A stretch of DNA of 64,000 nt. It comes from Octopus sinensis. Its lineage: Eukaryota. Below, piece by piece: positions 38,367 through 50,618 of the stretch; position 1 is the stretch's first letter, and every line of letters begins with the position of its first letter. The position numbers were made by a program, and so were the translations under genes. The notes below the pieces were generated by a model. That model ran no database searches. It was not told the origin of the DNA and saw only the letters and a list, made by a program, of their open reading frames with translations. The stretch lies in NCBI RefSeq assembly GCF_006345805.1, contig NC_042999.1:48980001-49044000 (forward strand). The letters are read 5' to 3'.

Positions 38367-39188
38367 CTAGCAGTATTGCCCGGCTCGTGCACTCGTGCGT
38401 TCTATGCACGCGCGAATTAAGCTAAACTTGGATGAAGTTCAATCAAAATTCAATTATTTTGGTTTTAATATCAACCATTTAATGCCCTCTATTTTTGCGC
38501 TTATATGCTCCATTTCCTCAATAGCAAGTACGTAGAAGCGTTTCATAAATTTTTGTTGATCAAATAATTGCATTGTTCAATTATTCTTTTAGATCAGTAT
38601 TTCTCAATGGGGATTTCAGGGGAGAGTTTCAGGGAGTCGCTGGCGATGTATCGTGATGATCAAAAATCCGGCCTGCTATAATTTGGTTAAAGTGATTCAA
38701 ACTGCAGACTCAACGAAAATGGTCACATTTAATTCAAAGCGTTAAATATTGTTATGAAAACAATTGGTATGTGTTCACAAAGTCCAAACGATTAATACGA
38801 AAAAAACCTCCAGGCTACATACCGAAAATTCATTTCTTTGCCGAATTTCTACAATGTTTACGGCGATTCGTTTTTATATCTTGATTCTTTATTTTTCATG
38901 CAATTTACGCATGCTTGCACGCGTGGTGAACACAGTGCACGTCAAACAGCTGACTGAGTAAATTTCACTATTCAATGCATGGGATAAGGCCTAAACAAAC
39001 ACATTATCGATTTTTGCACTTGCGAGATGAATTTCGGAACAGAAATAGCGCAGTTCAATTTTCATTCGCCTAAACTTTAAGTGACCCATTTTTGTGGTTC
39101 TACGATTTGTTGGCTCGGAGGAGATGTGCCGGGAAGTTAAACACACAGATACACACACAGACACACAATTTGAGTTTATATATATAGA
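38367..39188 (-). mobile_element. Non-autonomous Helitron-like element (822 bp)
   Basis: Minus strand A|TCTATATATATAAACTC...GCCGGGCAATACTGCTAG|T: 5'-TC, 3'-CTAG, AT insertion site, subterminal GC-rich hairpin region. Confidence 0.75.
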
Positions 39189-39778
39189 TGTCCACTCAAA
39201 TTTCTGCACCAAAGAGAAGCAATGTCTGGTCATCGGAAAATTCAAATATATACTGGAAAAAGTTGAATGAGCCGTAAAAAGAACTTAAATAGTAAAAATT
39301 ACAAGTAGGCGACTGGTGCATTCAATAGGATAGAAAGATAGCAATATTGGTGTTTGAAGGTATCTAAATGTAACTTAAGATGTGCCAGAAAACGAAAGCT
39401 TGAAGATAGATTTACTACTGAACGAAACCATGGTGTATTGCTGAATGTAGCGCTACAAATTCTCAATTGCGTTTAACTGATGTGGGTATAAAGAATCGGT
39501 GTACAACTGAGTGAATCACAAATGTTTATACCCTCAAGGTTTTAATATATGATCGTTTAATTACCGAACTGCAAATTGTGCCGAATTATAGTCACTTGTA
39601 CTCAAATGATATGGAGTTTGGAGTACCAGACTTCTCATGATTTCAAAGGTTCTGGTGATAAATCAAGAAGAAAATGTACCAAATTGGGTAAATATATATG
39701 AAATGGCGTCCATCAATTTCTTAGTGACAAACTTTGCGCGAATCATATGCATGGGAGATGTGTAGTAAGACTGTGTAC

Positions 39779-39813
39779 GTCTTGAAGTAGTGCTTGACTG
39801 CGAAACCGGTTAC
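39779..39813 (+). ncRNA. Heavily decayed minimal hammerhead remnant
   Basis: GT-CTTGAA-GTAGT(GCTTG)ACTGC-GAAA-CCGG-TT-AC. Stems II and III recognisable; core consistent with a 2-nt deletion of CTGATGA-A. Confidence 0.4.
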
Positions 39814-39942
39814 TGAGCGACATTTGTTCTGCTGTATCGTACCAACAGGTCTTAGATTGCTTGCAAGGTTTCACAGGTAACTAGACTTTTGCTGGAGTAG
39901 GAAATAATCTAAAATGTTAAATTCAGTTTTGGAGCTGAATTC

Positions 39943-40200
39943 AATGGCCCAGTGGTTAGGGCAGCGGACTAGCGGTCGGAGGATTGCGGTTTCGATTACA
40001 AGACCGGGTGTTGTGTGTGTTTATTGAGGGAAAATACCTAAAGCTCCTCGAGGCTCCTGCAGGGGGTGGTAGCGACCCCTGTTGTACTCTTTCGCACAAC
40101 TTTCTCTCAATCCTTCTTCCTGTTTCTTGAGCAACGCCATAGAAACCGGGAAACCGGGCCCATGAGCCTGGCTGGACTTGTAAAGGACATAAATAAAACA
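39943..40200 (+). mobile_element. SINE family D, tail type 2
   Basis: Same head and body as 35927-36223, with a different 3' tail (TAGAAACCGGGAAACCGGGCCCATGAGCC). Confidence 0.8.
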
Positions 40201-40488
40201 TTTGGAGTTGAATAGAACAGTGGAGCCAATTTTTAGGCACATTTAGCAAGTGCCATATTGCGTGTCTATGATTTTCCATTTATACTATATTTCGAATATT
40301 CCGAGTTGATTGTTCTTTCAGTTTTCATTCCAGATGTTGTGTGATCTTTTCTGTGCGTTCCTAAATGAATGGAATTGTATTTCAACACCTGAAGAGCGTG
40401 AATAAAAAAAAATACAAGGAGCAGCTCTTTGCAGACACATCTTTGAATAAGTGTTAAATATACACGTACATGCATACGTGTGTATATT

Positions 40489-40552
<64 letters not shown>

Positions 40553-40556
<4 letters not shown>

Positions 40557-40699
40557 GATACAGAAAAATTTCTACGCATAAATGTTTCTAGGAAAGGTTA
40601 AGCACAAATAATCACTAGAACTACATGCATATACAAACATGCATGCATACTTGCATGCATACATACATACATACATGCATACATACATACATACATACA

Positions 40700-40797
<98 letters not shown>

Positions 40798-40876
40798 GTA
40801 TGCATGTGTGTCTAGTGATTATTTGTGCTTAAACCTTCCTAGAACATTTATGCATAGAAATTTTTCTGTATCATAT
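40553..40876. repeat. ~324-bp quasi-palindrome: ~78-bp unique arms around a (TACA)n-(TA)n-(TGTA)n core
   Basis: ATATGATACAGAAAAATTTCTACGCATAAATG...CACTAGA versus TCTAGTG...CATTTATGCATAGAAATTTTTCTGTATCATAT. Confidence 0.92.
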
Positions 40877-42080
40877 CATAAATGCGGCTAGCTGTTCGCT
40901 ATTGCTATTTCCTGCCTGTTTAGAGTTTTGATTACATTATTTTCATTATATTCCGAACATTTGCTTCATCATTAATAAATCTTTCATGAAATCCATTTTC
41001 ATCCCATACACTGGTATTTAGCCCTTTGATCCTTTCGCATATTGGAGGAGTAAACCACATCCATTTACATCGTAGTTTTAAATCACACAGTGGATGACCA
41101 AACTTCAGACTCCGCCAGGAAGAAGTCGACAGAATAGGTACCAGTCATCTACTACTATATTTTTAATTGATTACGAAACTCTGAATATTTCTGGTTGAAT
41201 ATAAATATGAGAAATCAACATTATTCTACATCTTCAGTTATATCTCGCTTGTACTGAGTACATCGATTATGTATTCTGATACATAAAAGTTCTTTGTACA
41301 TTATTTTATGGTTTCTTTTCGTTATATTCTTTTTACTTGTGACGTGTTTCATTCTCCTGGTATCAGTTTTCTGCTATTTTATCTTCACACAAAGCAGGAA
41401 CCATTGCATAGCCATTGCATATTATGTGGAATGCATTAACCATATATCTAAATGTATTCATACCTCTTGTTGGAAGACAAGAATAATTTCCTGTTTTGTA
41501 TTATATTTCTGTTGAAGCTGTTAATGGTAATTTAGTAATAGTTAGCCCTTTATCTCTGTTAGGTTTTGTTCTTTTAGTTTGAACTTTGTCTTTTGACAGG
41601 AAGCGTTTTTATAGGAACCAACATTCTGATATTAATGGCAGTCATTTGTTTAAATGTTAGTTGCCTTTATTATTTTGCTTGTTATTTCATTTATTGGATT
41701 TGCATGCTTCTATCTCTCTTCCATAATAATAAAGTATCATACTACAAATGTTCTTTTATTTCTAGCTATTTTTTCTGTACGTGTTGGATCTCTTCACATG
41801 TTTGTTGTATTTCATTACAACCGCATAGTGAACCACTGATTTAAAATTGTTAGCTGCGACGAATATAAATCACTCTATGCAGATTGTATATACTACTCCT
41901 TGATTATTTAAGACTTTTTGCTTTTATTTATTTATTTATTTATTGTATTTACTGCAGAGTGGTTTACTGAAGGAATATTCCTTTTGTTCGTTGAAAGTTG
42001 ATCCCATTTCCAAATTTTCCAATAACGCTAAAGCTGTTGGTCGTAGATATATCATGTGTTGTGCATAATACACTTATATG

Positions 42081-42156
<76 letters not shown>

Positions 42157-42524
42157 GTGCGTGTATGTGTGTGTAATATATATATATATTATATATATAT
42201 ATATATACATACATATATGCATGAATGTATGTACACACACATAGATAGATGGATAGATAGATAGATAGATAGATAGCCAAAAAGACACCCTGACGGACAG
42301 ATAGAATGTTTATTTGTGCTGCATACATTTTGTAATGATTAAGCACACCCACGCACTTAATATATTATCGTACACTTCATTATCATAATTTTATGTTTGT
42401 GTTTTTGTACGGGATATCTTCATTTAGCTGTGTCACATATATTAACATGTTAGTTGTCTATAAAACTATCAGTTCTTTCTGATATATTGGGTTAGCTTAG
42501 TCCATCTGCAGATGCAATTATGTA

Positions 42525-43078
42525 GTGAGTTATCCGGAAAATTCGTGCCGATTTAGAGTAGCTTTCATTTCGACTTATTTTAGAATATGGTTGAGTTCAT
42601 AAAATAGGATTTGACTACACCTCCATTTAGAGCATAGTTTCAGGTATCTTTTCGTGGAAGAAGATTTATGTTCCTATAGTCTTTGTTAATTCTATAACCC
42701 TTTAAATTGGAAGATAAGAAAGTTCATTTTCGGCAACTGATGCTTTGGGAACCAGACAAAATTGCTGTAGCTCGGCTGGTATTTGTTACCCTACCCTCCA
42801 TATTGCTCCTTCGGATTTCCACTTATTCAGGTCTCTGCAGAATAGTCTTAATGGTAAACATTTCAATTCCTAGGATGACGTAAAAAGATACCTTGATGAA
42901 TTCTTTGCCATGAACCCCACTCAATTGTGGGAAGAGGGTATTTTCAAGTTAAAGGAAAGATGGAGACGCATTCTACAACAAAATGGTTCATACTTGGTTG
43001 ATTAAAAATCTAATGGCAAGAATGTATTGACCTTTTTCTTTCCTTTAAAAATCGGCGCGGACTTTCCGGACAACCCAA
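42525..43078 (+). mobile_element. Internally deleted mariner derivative, copy 2
   Basis: TIRs GTGAGTTATCCGGAAAATTCGTGCCGATTT and AAATCGGCGCGGACTTTCCGGACAACCCAA|TA; same deletion junction ATGCTTT|GGGAACCAGAC. Confidence 0.9.
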
Positions 43079-43269
43079 TATATATATATATATTTTTTTT
43101 TTATACTTGGATATGGTATGTAAGAAGTGTGTACTGTCTTGTATATAAATATATGTTGCTATGCCTATAATTAGGTAGGTGGCGCAGTGTGTGCGACAGA
43201 AATATTACGTTACAGCGTTATGGATTGGAGCCAAGCATTTTTCCTTGGTGTCATCAACGTTCTTGCTCC

Positions 43270-43500
43270 GGGATCTTAAATTTTTGTTTATCTTTCCTTT
43301 AGTTTGATTCCAGATTTGAGCAAGAAAACTCGTAATGGTGTTACTGTGGGACCCTTCCATTAAAAAAAAAAGATGAATGAATTATATAGCATTTCCTTAC
43401 GTATCTTTACGATTTTAAGATGATAGCAAAATACTTGGAGAGCTTTTGCTACAAATTCCAGCAGCTTAAGGAATTACATAGTTTCCTTAAACTATTTCTG
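43270..43500 (+). mobile_element. Possible Chapaev-3-like transposase remnant
   Basis: IPDLSKKTRNGVTVGP and NTWRAFATNSSSLRNY resemble FP.LS..KLK.G.FVGPQI and AW.SF..V..FLGN (from recall). Confidence 0.3.
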
Positions 43501-43723
43501 GTCGTTGAATTTCTCCAGGGCTCCATATATGTCAGTGGTAGTTATTGGCATACAATTTAATTATTTAACACGTTACGCTTATAAAAATTATCCAGTGCTT
43601 ATATATATAGCTGGTTGAAACATTGAAATCACGGTCAACAACCTTTTTTTATAAGAATAATTTTGTACTCTACAAAAGTATAGAGTTACTTTATCCTTTA
43701 TATATATATATATTTTATGTATC

Positions 43724-43783
<60 letters not shown>

Positions 43784-45329
43784 CTTTAGATATATGCTTT
43801 ATATATCATTTATATATATACTTTATATAGCCTTTATATATATATAGTTTATCATTTATATATATTTTTTTTTATGGCCTTTATATATATATATACATAT
43901 ATGTATGTATGTATATATGAATAATAAATTACATAAAAGAGCAAGTAAAGCACACACACACACCACTCTACATACATTTTGCTGGCCAACTTATTGAAGC
44001 TATTACTATATCATATCATTATGATGACTCGCTTATTCGTAAGAAAAATAGATTTAAAAATTGCACCATTTTCTATTTTTCGTTTCTATTAACACAAGTC
44101 CTACTTCCACATATTCAAGATGGTTATAATTTCTTTCAGTTTCTAGACAATACATACTATCAAATCAATTATCTTTCCTGACATATTGCAAGCGTATTAC
44201 AGAAAGTTTTCTTTTTTACTTATGTACACTAAACTTCACCCGTCATCCATATCTGCTATTTCTCCTTATATTCTTACCTCTCTTCTTATTTGATCGTATA
44301 AAGTATATTACGTATGTAATATTTCTGTTTATTGGTGGTTTACTTATAAAACTTCTGAAATTATACTGTAAACATTTACCGAGAAACTGACTTACAATAA
44401 TACTGATAGACTGCCTTTTAATTTTTTTTTTCTTTTCAATGACGGATATGTTTATTTGTATGTATGCGTTTGTGAATGTAGTGTACATGCATGTATGTAA
44501 GTTTGTGTTTGCTACTTTAATCTTATACTGGTCACATGTGAAACTCTCCTAAACAAAATTCGTTTGCTTCTAGGCATAGCTTCAAGAATCATTACATTGT
44601 GGAATGTGTTTAAACAAATCTGGGGCCCATGTGAATCTATCATTTTGTTCTGTCGATCTAATTTATTCATGTACTTTCTATTGCATTCCCATCTTTCTTT
44701 CTTAATAAATCTTTCGAAGTTTGTGTTCGTTAACTTGTTCGCCCTAATCAAATCTATTTGTTGACTAGAAACCAGAAAACTGCATGCAGTGAATATAATT
44801 CTGCTTATTATTTTACATTTTGCAGGGTGTACATATGTATGACATATTTAATACAATCCTTATGAGCTCTTTTATAATAATATTCATATATGCATTGCAT
44901 CATTACACTTAAATATTTTATATATGAAATCCTTTGTAGCGATGAGCGTTATAAAATACAGATGAAGTATATAGCGTGGAAATATACTTTTTTCTGTACG
45001 ATTTCTAGCCATAGCTCAGTATCTCCCATTTGGATTTATAGTTGGGTATTCTCTGGGTGTGATCGCACTAGTATATGCAAATTATACGTTTTCTCAATGG
45101 TAAAGATAATACTGTCGGGAAATTTCGAAAACCAGGTACAACTGGTGGTCTAGGCAGAAGTCTTGTAGTATGGCTAGCAGCTGATGGATTACGACCGGTC
45201 CCACCCTGTTGCACATTGGGGCACCTGCCGGGTGCGGCATCTTCACCACTGTTTCTAATCCCATTCATACTGTTATCGTGATTTATTTAGCTTCGAGTGT
45301 TCCCTATTCTTGTTCACCTGTGTTATTTG

Positions 45330-46625
45330 TTATAGATTTGACCCACTTGCTGTAGTCCTACATAAAATCAACATGCTCTATGAGCTGAGACAGAACGGAC
45401 CTCTTTTCGATCACCTTCTCTTCATGGATGATTTAAAACTGTTCGCAAAAATAGAACATGAAATAGAGAGGCTGGTTGAGACTGTGCAAATGTGTAGCAA
45501 GGATATAGGGATGGAATTCAGTATCATCAATCTTTTCCTCTTTCTCGCCTTTCCTCTTTCTCCTTCACTGTTTTCTGTTTATTTATCATTCACCTCATAT
45601 TGCACCCTCCATCCTCTTTTTCTCAACTTTGAAGCGGGGGTGGAGAAGAGTAAATTGTAGGGGTACAGAATTGCCAAACAGAGAGAGAATGGAAGACCCG
45701 GATAATGGGTACCTTGGAATTCTGGAGCTGGACAATATATAGCACAGAGAAATGAAAGACAAGGTCATCACTGAATATGTCAAGAAACTTAAACTTCTCT
45801 TGAAATCAAAGCTAAACTCAAGCAAACTTGTGACTGCCATCAACATATGGACTATTGCTGTAGTCCGCTATAATGCACCCATCCTGGTATGGACCCAAGC
45901 GGAGATTGACCAACTCCATCGCACTACCCGAAAAACAATGACAGTGCATGGTGCCATCCAACTTAAGGCAATGTACACATGCTCTACGTGAAGCTAGCTA
46001 AGCGTGGACGTGGGCTGATTACTGTACGGGAGTGCATAAATAGTGAAAGAAGAAACATGTCAGAATATTTGGTAAACAGCAAAGAAGACCTGCTATAGTA
46101 TGCTGGTAGTGCAGGAGATAACAAAAATGGACTTAAGAGTGCTCAAGAATTCCGAACCAGAACAGCCAAGGAGGGAGAGCAAACCCTACGCCGCATGGAA
46201 TTACATGGTAAGTTCCACCGTGAAACCAACAAATCAAATGACCAGGAAGCATCATGGAGGGGGCTCAACAAGCGTGACCTACAAAAGAATACTAAAAGCT
46301 TAATCATCATTGAATACCAACTCAGTGAGAAAGAATATATACCACACAAGTGTATCCGGCCTCTGCGGAATATCTAGGAAGAGGGTCGAGCGCCTGTGAA
46401 AGTCTTGCGCAGAAACAATACAAGCGTAAAAACGGCAAAGTAAACCAGAACTTCCATTGGCTACAATGCCTTAAGTATAGGTATGAGGTTACGGGTGCTG
46501 GGTACCAACATACACCGGAAAAGGTAATGGGCGAAAAAGGCAAAGCAAAACTCCTCTGTGCCTTTGTTTTCCAGACAGACAAAGTGTTACAGCACCGAAG
46601 GCCGGATTAATATTTTCTGAATTAT
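45330..46625 (+). mobile_element. R4/Dong-like LINE fragment (RT C-terminal half to endonuclease start), with deletions and a ~100-bp CT-rich insertion
   Basis: HLLFMDDLKLFAK, CSKDIGMEF, GYLGILELD, KLLLKSKLNSSKLVTAINIW, KRGRGLI, HTPEKV, FQTDKVLQHRRPD. Confidence 0.85.
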
Positions 46626-48914
46626 ACGGATTAAGTATTCTCAAATTACTTGGGTTCAACTTCGTTAGAGTATTCGAACGTTGATAAATAATTTAACGAT
46701 ATATCATTTGGATGCTTAAATCTTTTAAATCTGAATATAGATTTTACAAACATCGTAGTTTACACCAAGTTCAGTCATAATCCATGAGAAATTTGAGGAA
46801 TATTTGTCTTCTAGTTCTTGTAAGTATATCGTACTCCTTTAGTTTTTAAGACAATGTATTATGATATGTTGCAGATTTTGCAGTTATTTCCAGCAGAATT
46901 ATATACCACTAAAATATCTCTTTCTTAGGAAACATATCTTTTACCAAAATAGAGAGTAAGCACCTTCAAGTTTTGGTTAGATATTTTACTTTCACTTTGA
47001 ATATATCGTTGAAACCATTGTGAAGATCGTATTTTCTACGAGACAATCTTCACATTGAGATTCTATTTGAGATCACGTTATCAAGATTTGTTTCCTCCGA
47101 TCCTGGTGCTAGTGTTAGGGATTGTGAATGAAACACGTGTGTAAATGTTTAATAGCAATTCAGAGAGAGTGTGTGGGTGAGTTGTACGTGTTGAAACTTT
47201 GAGAGCATTAATGTAGCAGGTTAAGTGTGAGAGAGTAAGAATTAAACGATGAAGCGCACGAAAACTGACGGAGTAGTAGAGAGTTATAAAAGCTCTCTCT
47301 AAGTGTGATCATACTAAAAGATATCCAATATGTTTATAGCATAGAGATATATGCACAGAGGAAAGAAAAACATTCACGCGACATGATATAGAAAGTTTAT
47401 TTGTATTAGTTAGAAAATTGGTCTTGATAAAATTATTGGCTCAGAACTACATCAGCCACCTGAGCAATCAGGACTGTTCTTTTTATTTCAGATGAAACTA
47501 TAAGCAAAGCGATTCGTGTCATATTGTTAATACGTGTGTGTGTATACGTGTGTGTGTGCGCGTGCAAGTACGTTTATGCGTTTGTGTGTGCAGAATTTTG
47601 CGTGGCATGGTGTTTAAGATTACGAGGTCGTGGTTTCTGTTCTTGCATCGGATAGGGAATTTTATCTTTAAGAATTTCACTGCACTTTTCTCAGAAAGAG
47701 CGGGGACCAGAAGCGGCTGAAGAATAACTCTACTCGGACTCGCAATTACATCTCGTCCAGGGAGGACCCATATAATATCAGTCACCAAAATACTTCAGGA
47801 AATTAAACAAGCTGTATCCTAATGAACAAGTAGCTCGAAACAGATTTTAACTTTTCATTATATACAGTATTCAGTTTGCGTATGAGAATATCTGTGCCTG
47901 CATGTATGTATTCATTTCTGTGTGTATTTCAATGGGAGTTTTGAGTATGCGTGTGAATGTGCCTGTGTTGTACATGTTGAGTGTGTGAGTGTACGTCTAT
48001 TTGGGTGTAATTCACTTCTGATATCGTTCGCATCATTTACCGCTTTATACTGATTTTCTCTTTTTTTTAATCCGTTTTACTCCGTTCTACACTGCATTGT
48101 TCCACTATTGAACTACTTAAAAACTCCAAAATGACGCCATTAAATCAGTTTTCATTATATAATAAAAAAGATTTTTCATTGTATTATTCTGGTGTTTGTA
48201 CAGTATTGTAAAAAGCCATAAAATAGTTGCTGAGTTTTGTTCTTTCACGGTTCTTTCACGTTTACTATATTTTATTATATTCATACTGGGGTATAGTATT
48301 TACTTTCAAAGAATGAATAACAAATCGTTTATTAAATTATTCATTATATTTCTTTTGTATGTGTCTCATATTTTTCTGGCTTCTTTTCTCTGCCTCTGTC
48401 TCTGTACATCATTTTCTCTTTCTTTCACTGTATCATACGGGTGTATATATGTATGTCTGTAAACACGCAGCCCTCGCTCGCAATCGTGCAAAGCACACAC
48501 ATACACACACAGACACATACACATAACTATTAGTGGGCTATTTTTCTGACTTTAGTCATCAGCAAAGTCATGGAGCACATTTTCAGAAGAAATCCGATTA
48601 CGTTCCTAGAAGAAAATTACTTGCACGCTAACACGCATCTTGTCCCGGAGCGAATTACCACCTGTAGCATTAATATAATGTATTAAAACATCAGCTCACT
48701 CTTGTGGCGATATATTACAAATTTGTTCATACAATAGTTGTGGCTCTCTCAGATGTAACCTCAGTCATATAGTCTACTATTCTCCGTCTTCGAGTCGCTT
48801 GGTTCTAGGGTTTTCTTCTTCAAATAGAGCCACATACGAACATATAGATAAACGCACAGACATACACATAGAAACACACATAAGCGGGGTTCCTATATAT
48901 ATATATATATAGTT

Positions 48915-49015
48915 AATCCGAACAAGAACAAAAAGAACACACAACAACGCGAGGACGTGGGACAAGTATAGCGTTATTGGACACTCGGGAAAGGAAAGAA
49001 GGCGGATTTAACGTT
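48915..49015 (-). mobile_element. Short PLE-like pLTR fragment, truncated
   Basis: ACAACAACGCGAGGACGTGG...GGAAAGGAAAGAAGGCGGATTTAACGTT composition; resemblance only. Confidence 0.3.
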
Positions 49016-49701
49016 GCGTCCATTTGAATCATAATATATATATATATGTATATATATATATACGCACACACACACCAATTTATGGATTTTTTATATTATT
49101 TTTCATTTAATTTGAAGAGTTTGAATTACCTAATTCCCACCATCACTGTTGAATATATATGATTCACGATTATGTGTAACAGAGTAATAAAAAAATAATA
49201 AGATATATTACGATATCTTTTAACTAGAGTTCAGTAGTACTATCCAAAGACCGAGACCGTAAAATATTTCAACTGATCATTAATCAACTGGCTGCGAGGC
49301 TTGCACAGATTCCTCTGACTTTCTGTCACAATCCTATTCTAATATTTGAATTGCGGTATTAAGTCATAGTGTATCTTTTCTTAGCTGATTACACAACGAT
49401 GGACACCGCCCCTATGAATGCGCTACAGTTACTCCCTTGATAGAACTTGGTGATACAGATCTTGATCTTCTAGAATTTCTCCGCTGAGCATCAATGTAAG
49501 AAGCACGTTTAGTTCAGCTGGGCTCTTCCGCTGACCTTTTACGATCCGCCATGCTGCAGTCCCATGACTTCACTGTATTCTTAGCAGGGTGTCAGAACGG
49601 GTGCTATGCCTTGCCAAATGGAAGACCGTAAATATGCAGGGCACAGTCGTCCCTTTGTGAGGTATGTTCGGAATAACCGCACACTTTTTAGTTATATTCT
49701 A

Positions 49702-50266
49702 TTGAGTTATCCAGAAAGTTCGTGCCGGTTTTTAAAGGAAAGAAAAATGTCAATAAATACCTGCCATTACATTTTTAATCAACCAAGTATGAACCATTTT
49801 GTTGTACAATGCGTCTCCATCTTTCCTTTAACTTGAAAATACGCTCTTCCCAGAATTGAGGTGGTTTCAGGGCACAGAATCCATCTAGGTATCTTTTTAC
49901 GTCATCCAAGGAATTGACATTTTTACCATTAAGACTATTCTGCAGAGACCTGAATAAGTGGAAATCCGAAGGAGCAATATCTGGTGAATATGAAGGGTGG
50001 GGTAACATACCCCAGCCGAGCTGCAGCAATTTTTGTCTGGTTCCCAAAGCATCAAGTGCAGAGAATGAACTTTCTTATCTTCCATTTTAAAGGCGTACAG
50101 AATTAACATAGATTATAGGAATATAATTCTTCTTCAGCGAAAAGATAGCTGAAACTGTGCTCTAAATGGAGGTGTAGTCAAATCCTATTTTATGGACTCA
50201 ACCATGTTATAAAATAAGTGGAAAGTTAACTACTATAAATCGGCACGAACTTTCCAGACAACCCAA
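49702..50266 (-). mobile_element. Internally deleted mariner derivative, copy 3 (complete, 565 bp)
   Basis: TA at 49700-01 and 50267-68; ~29-bp TIRs; open C-terminal frame 49775-50047 (HPSYSPDIAPSDFHLFRSLQNSLNGK). Confidence 0.95.
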
Positions 50267-50284
50267 TAGTTATACTTTGCTAGT

Positions 50285-50618
50285 GACGCCGTATGGCTTA
50301 ATTGCTAAGGTAACTAGTTCACGATCCTGAGTCTAATTATTGGCGTCGCGTTGTGTCCTTGAGTAACACAATTTATTTCACGTTGCTCCAGTCTACGCAG
50401 CGAGCAAAAATAGTTGTACCTATAAGTCAAAGGGCCGGCCTAATCATATTCTGTGTCATGCTGAATCTCCCTGAGAATTCTGTTATTGGTCCGCGTGTCT
50501 ATGGAATCTTTAGTGACTTGCACGTTAATTTCACGAACAGGCTTTCTGTTGATTGAATCAACTGAAACACTCGTCGTCGTAGCCGACGGAGTGCCAGTTA
50601 TATTTATATTCTACAGAT
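50285..50618 (+). mobile_element. tRNA-derived SINE (family F)
   Basis: Degenerate head, core GTGTCCTTGAGTAACACAATTTATTTCACGTTGCTCCAGTC, tail GTCGTCGTAGCCGACGGAGTGCC. Confidence 0.65.

Noticed and set aside
48525-48566. Minus-strand CTGATGA-CTAAAGTCA-GAAA near-hammerhead
   Set aside because: Stem II only forms by consuming core nucleotides, and stem I does not pair.
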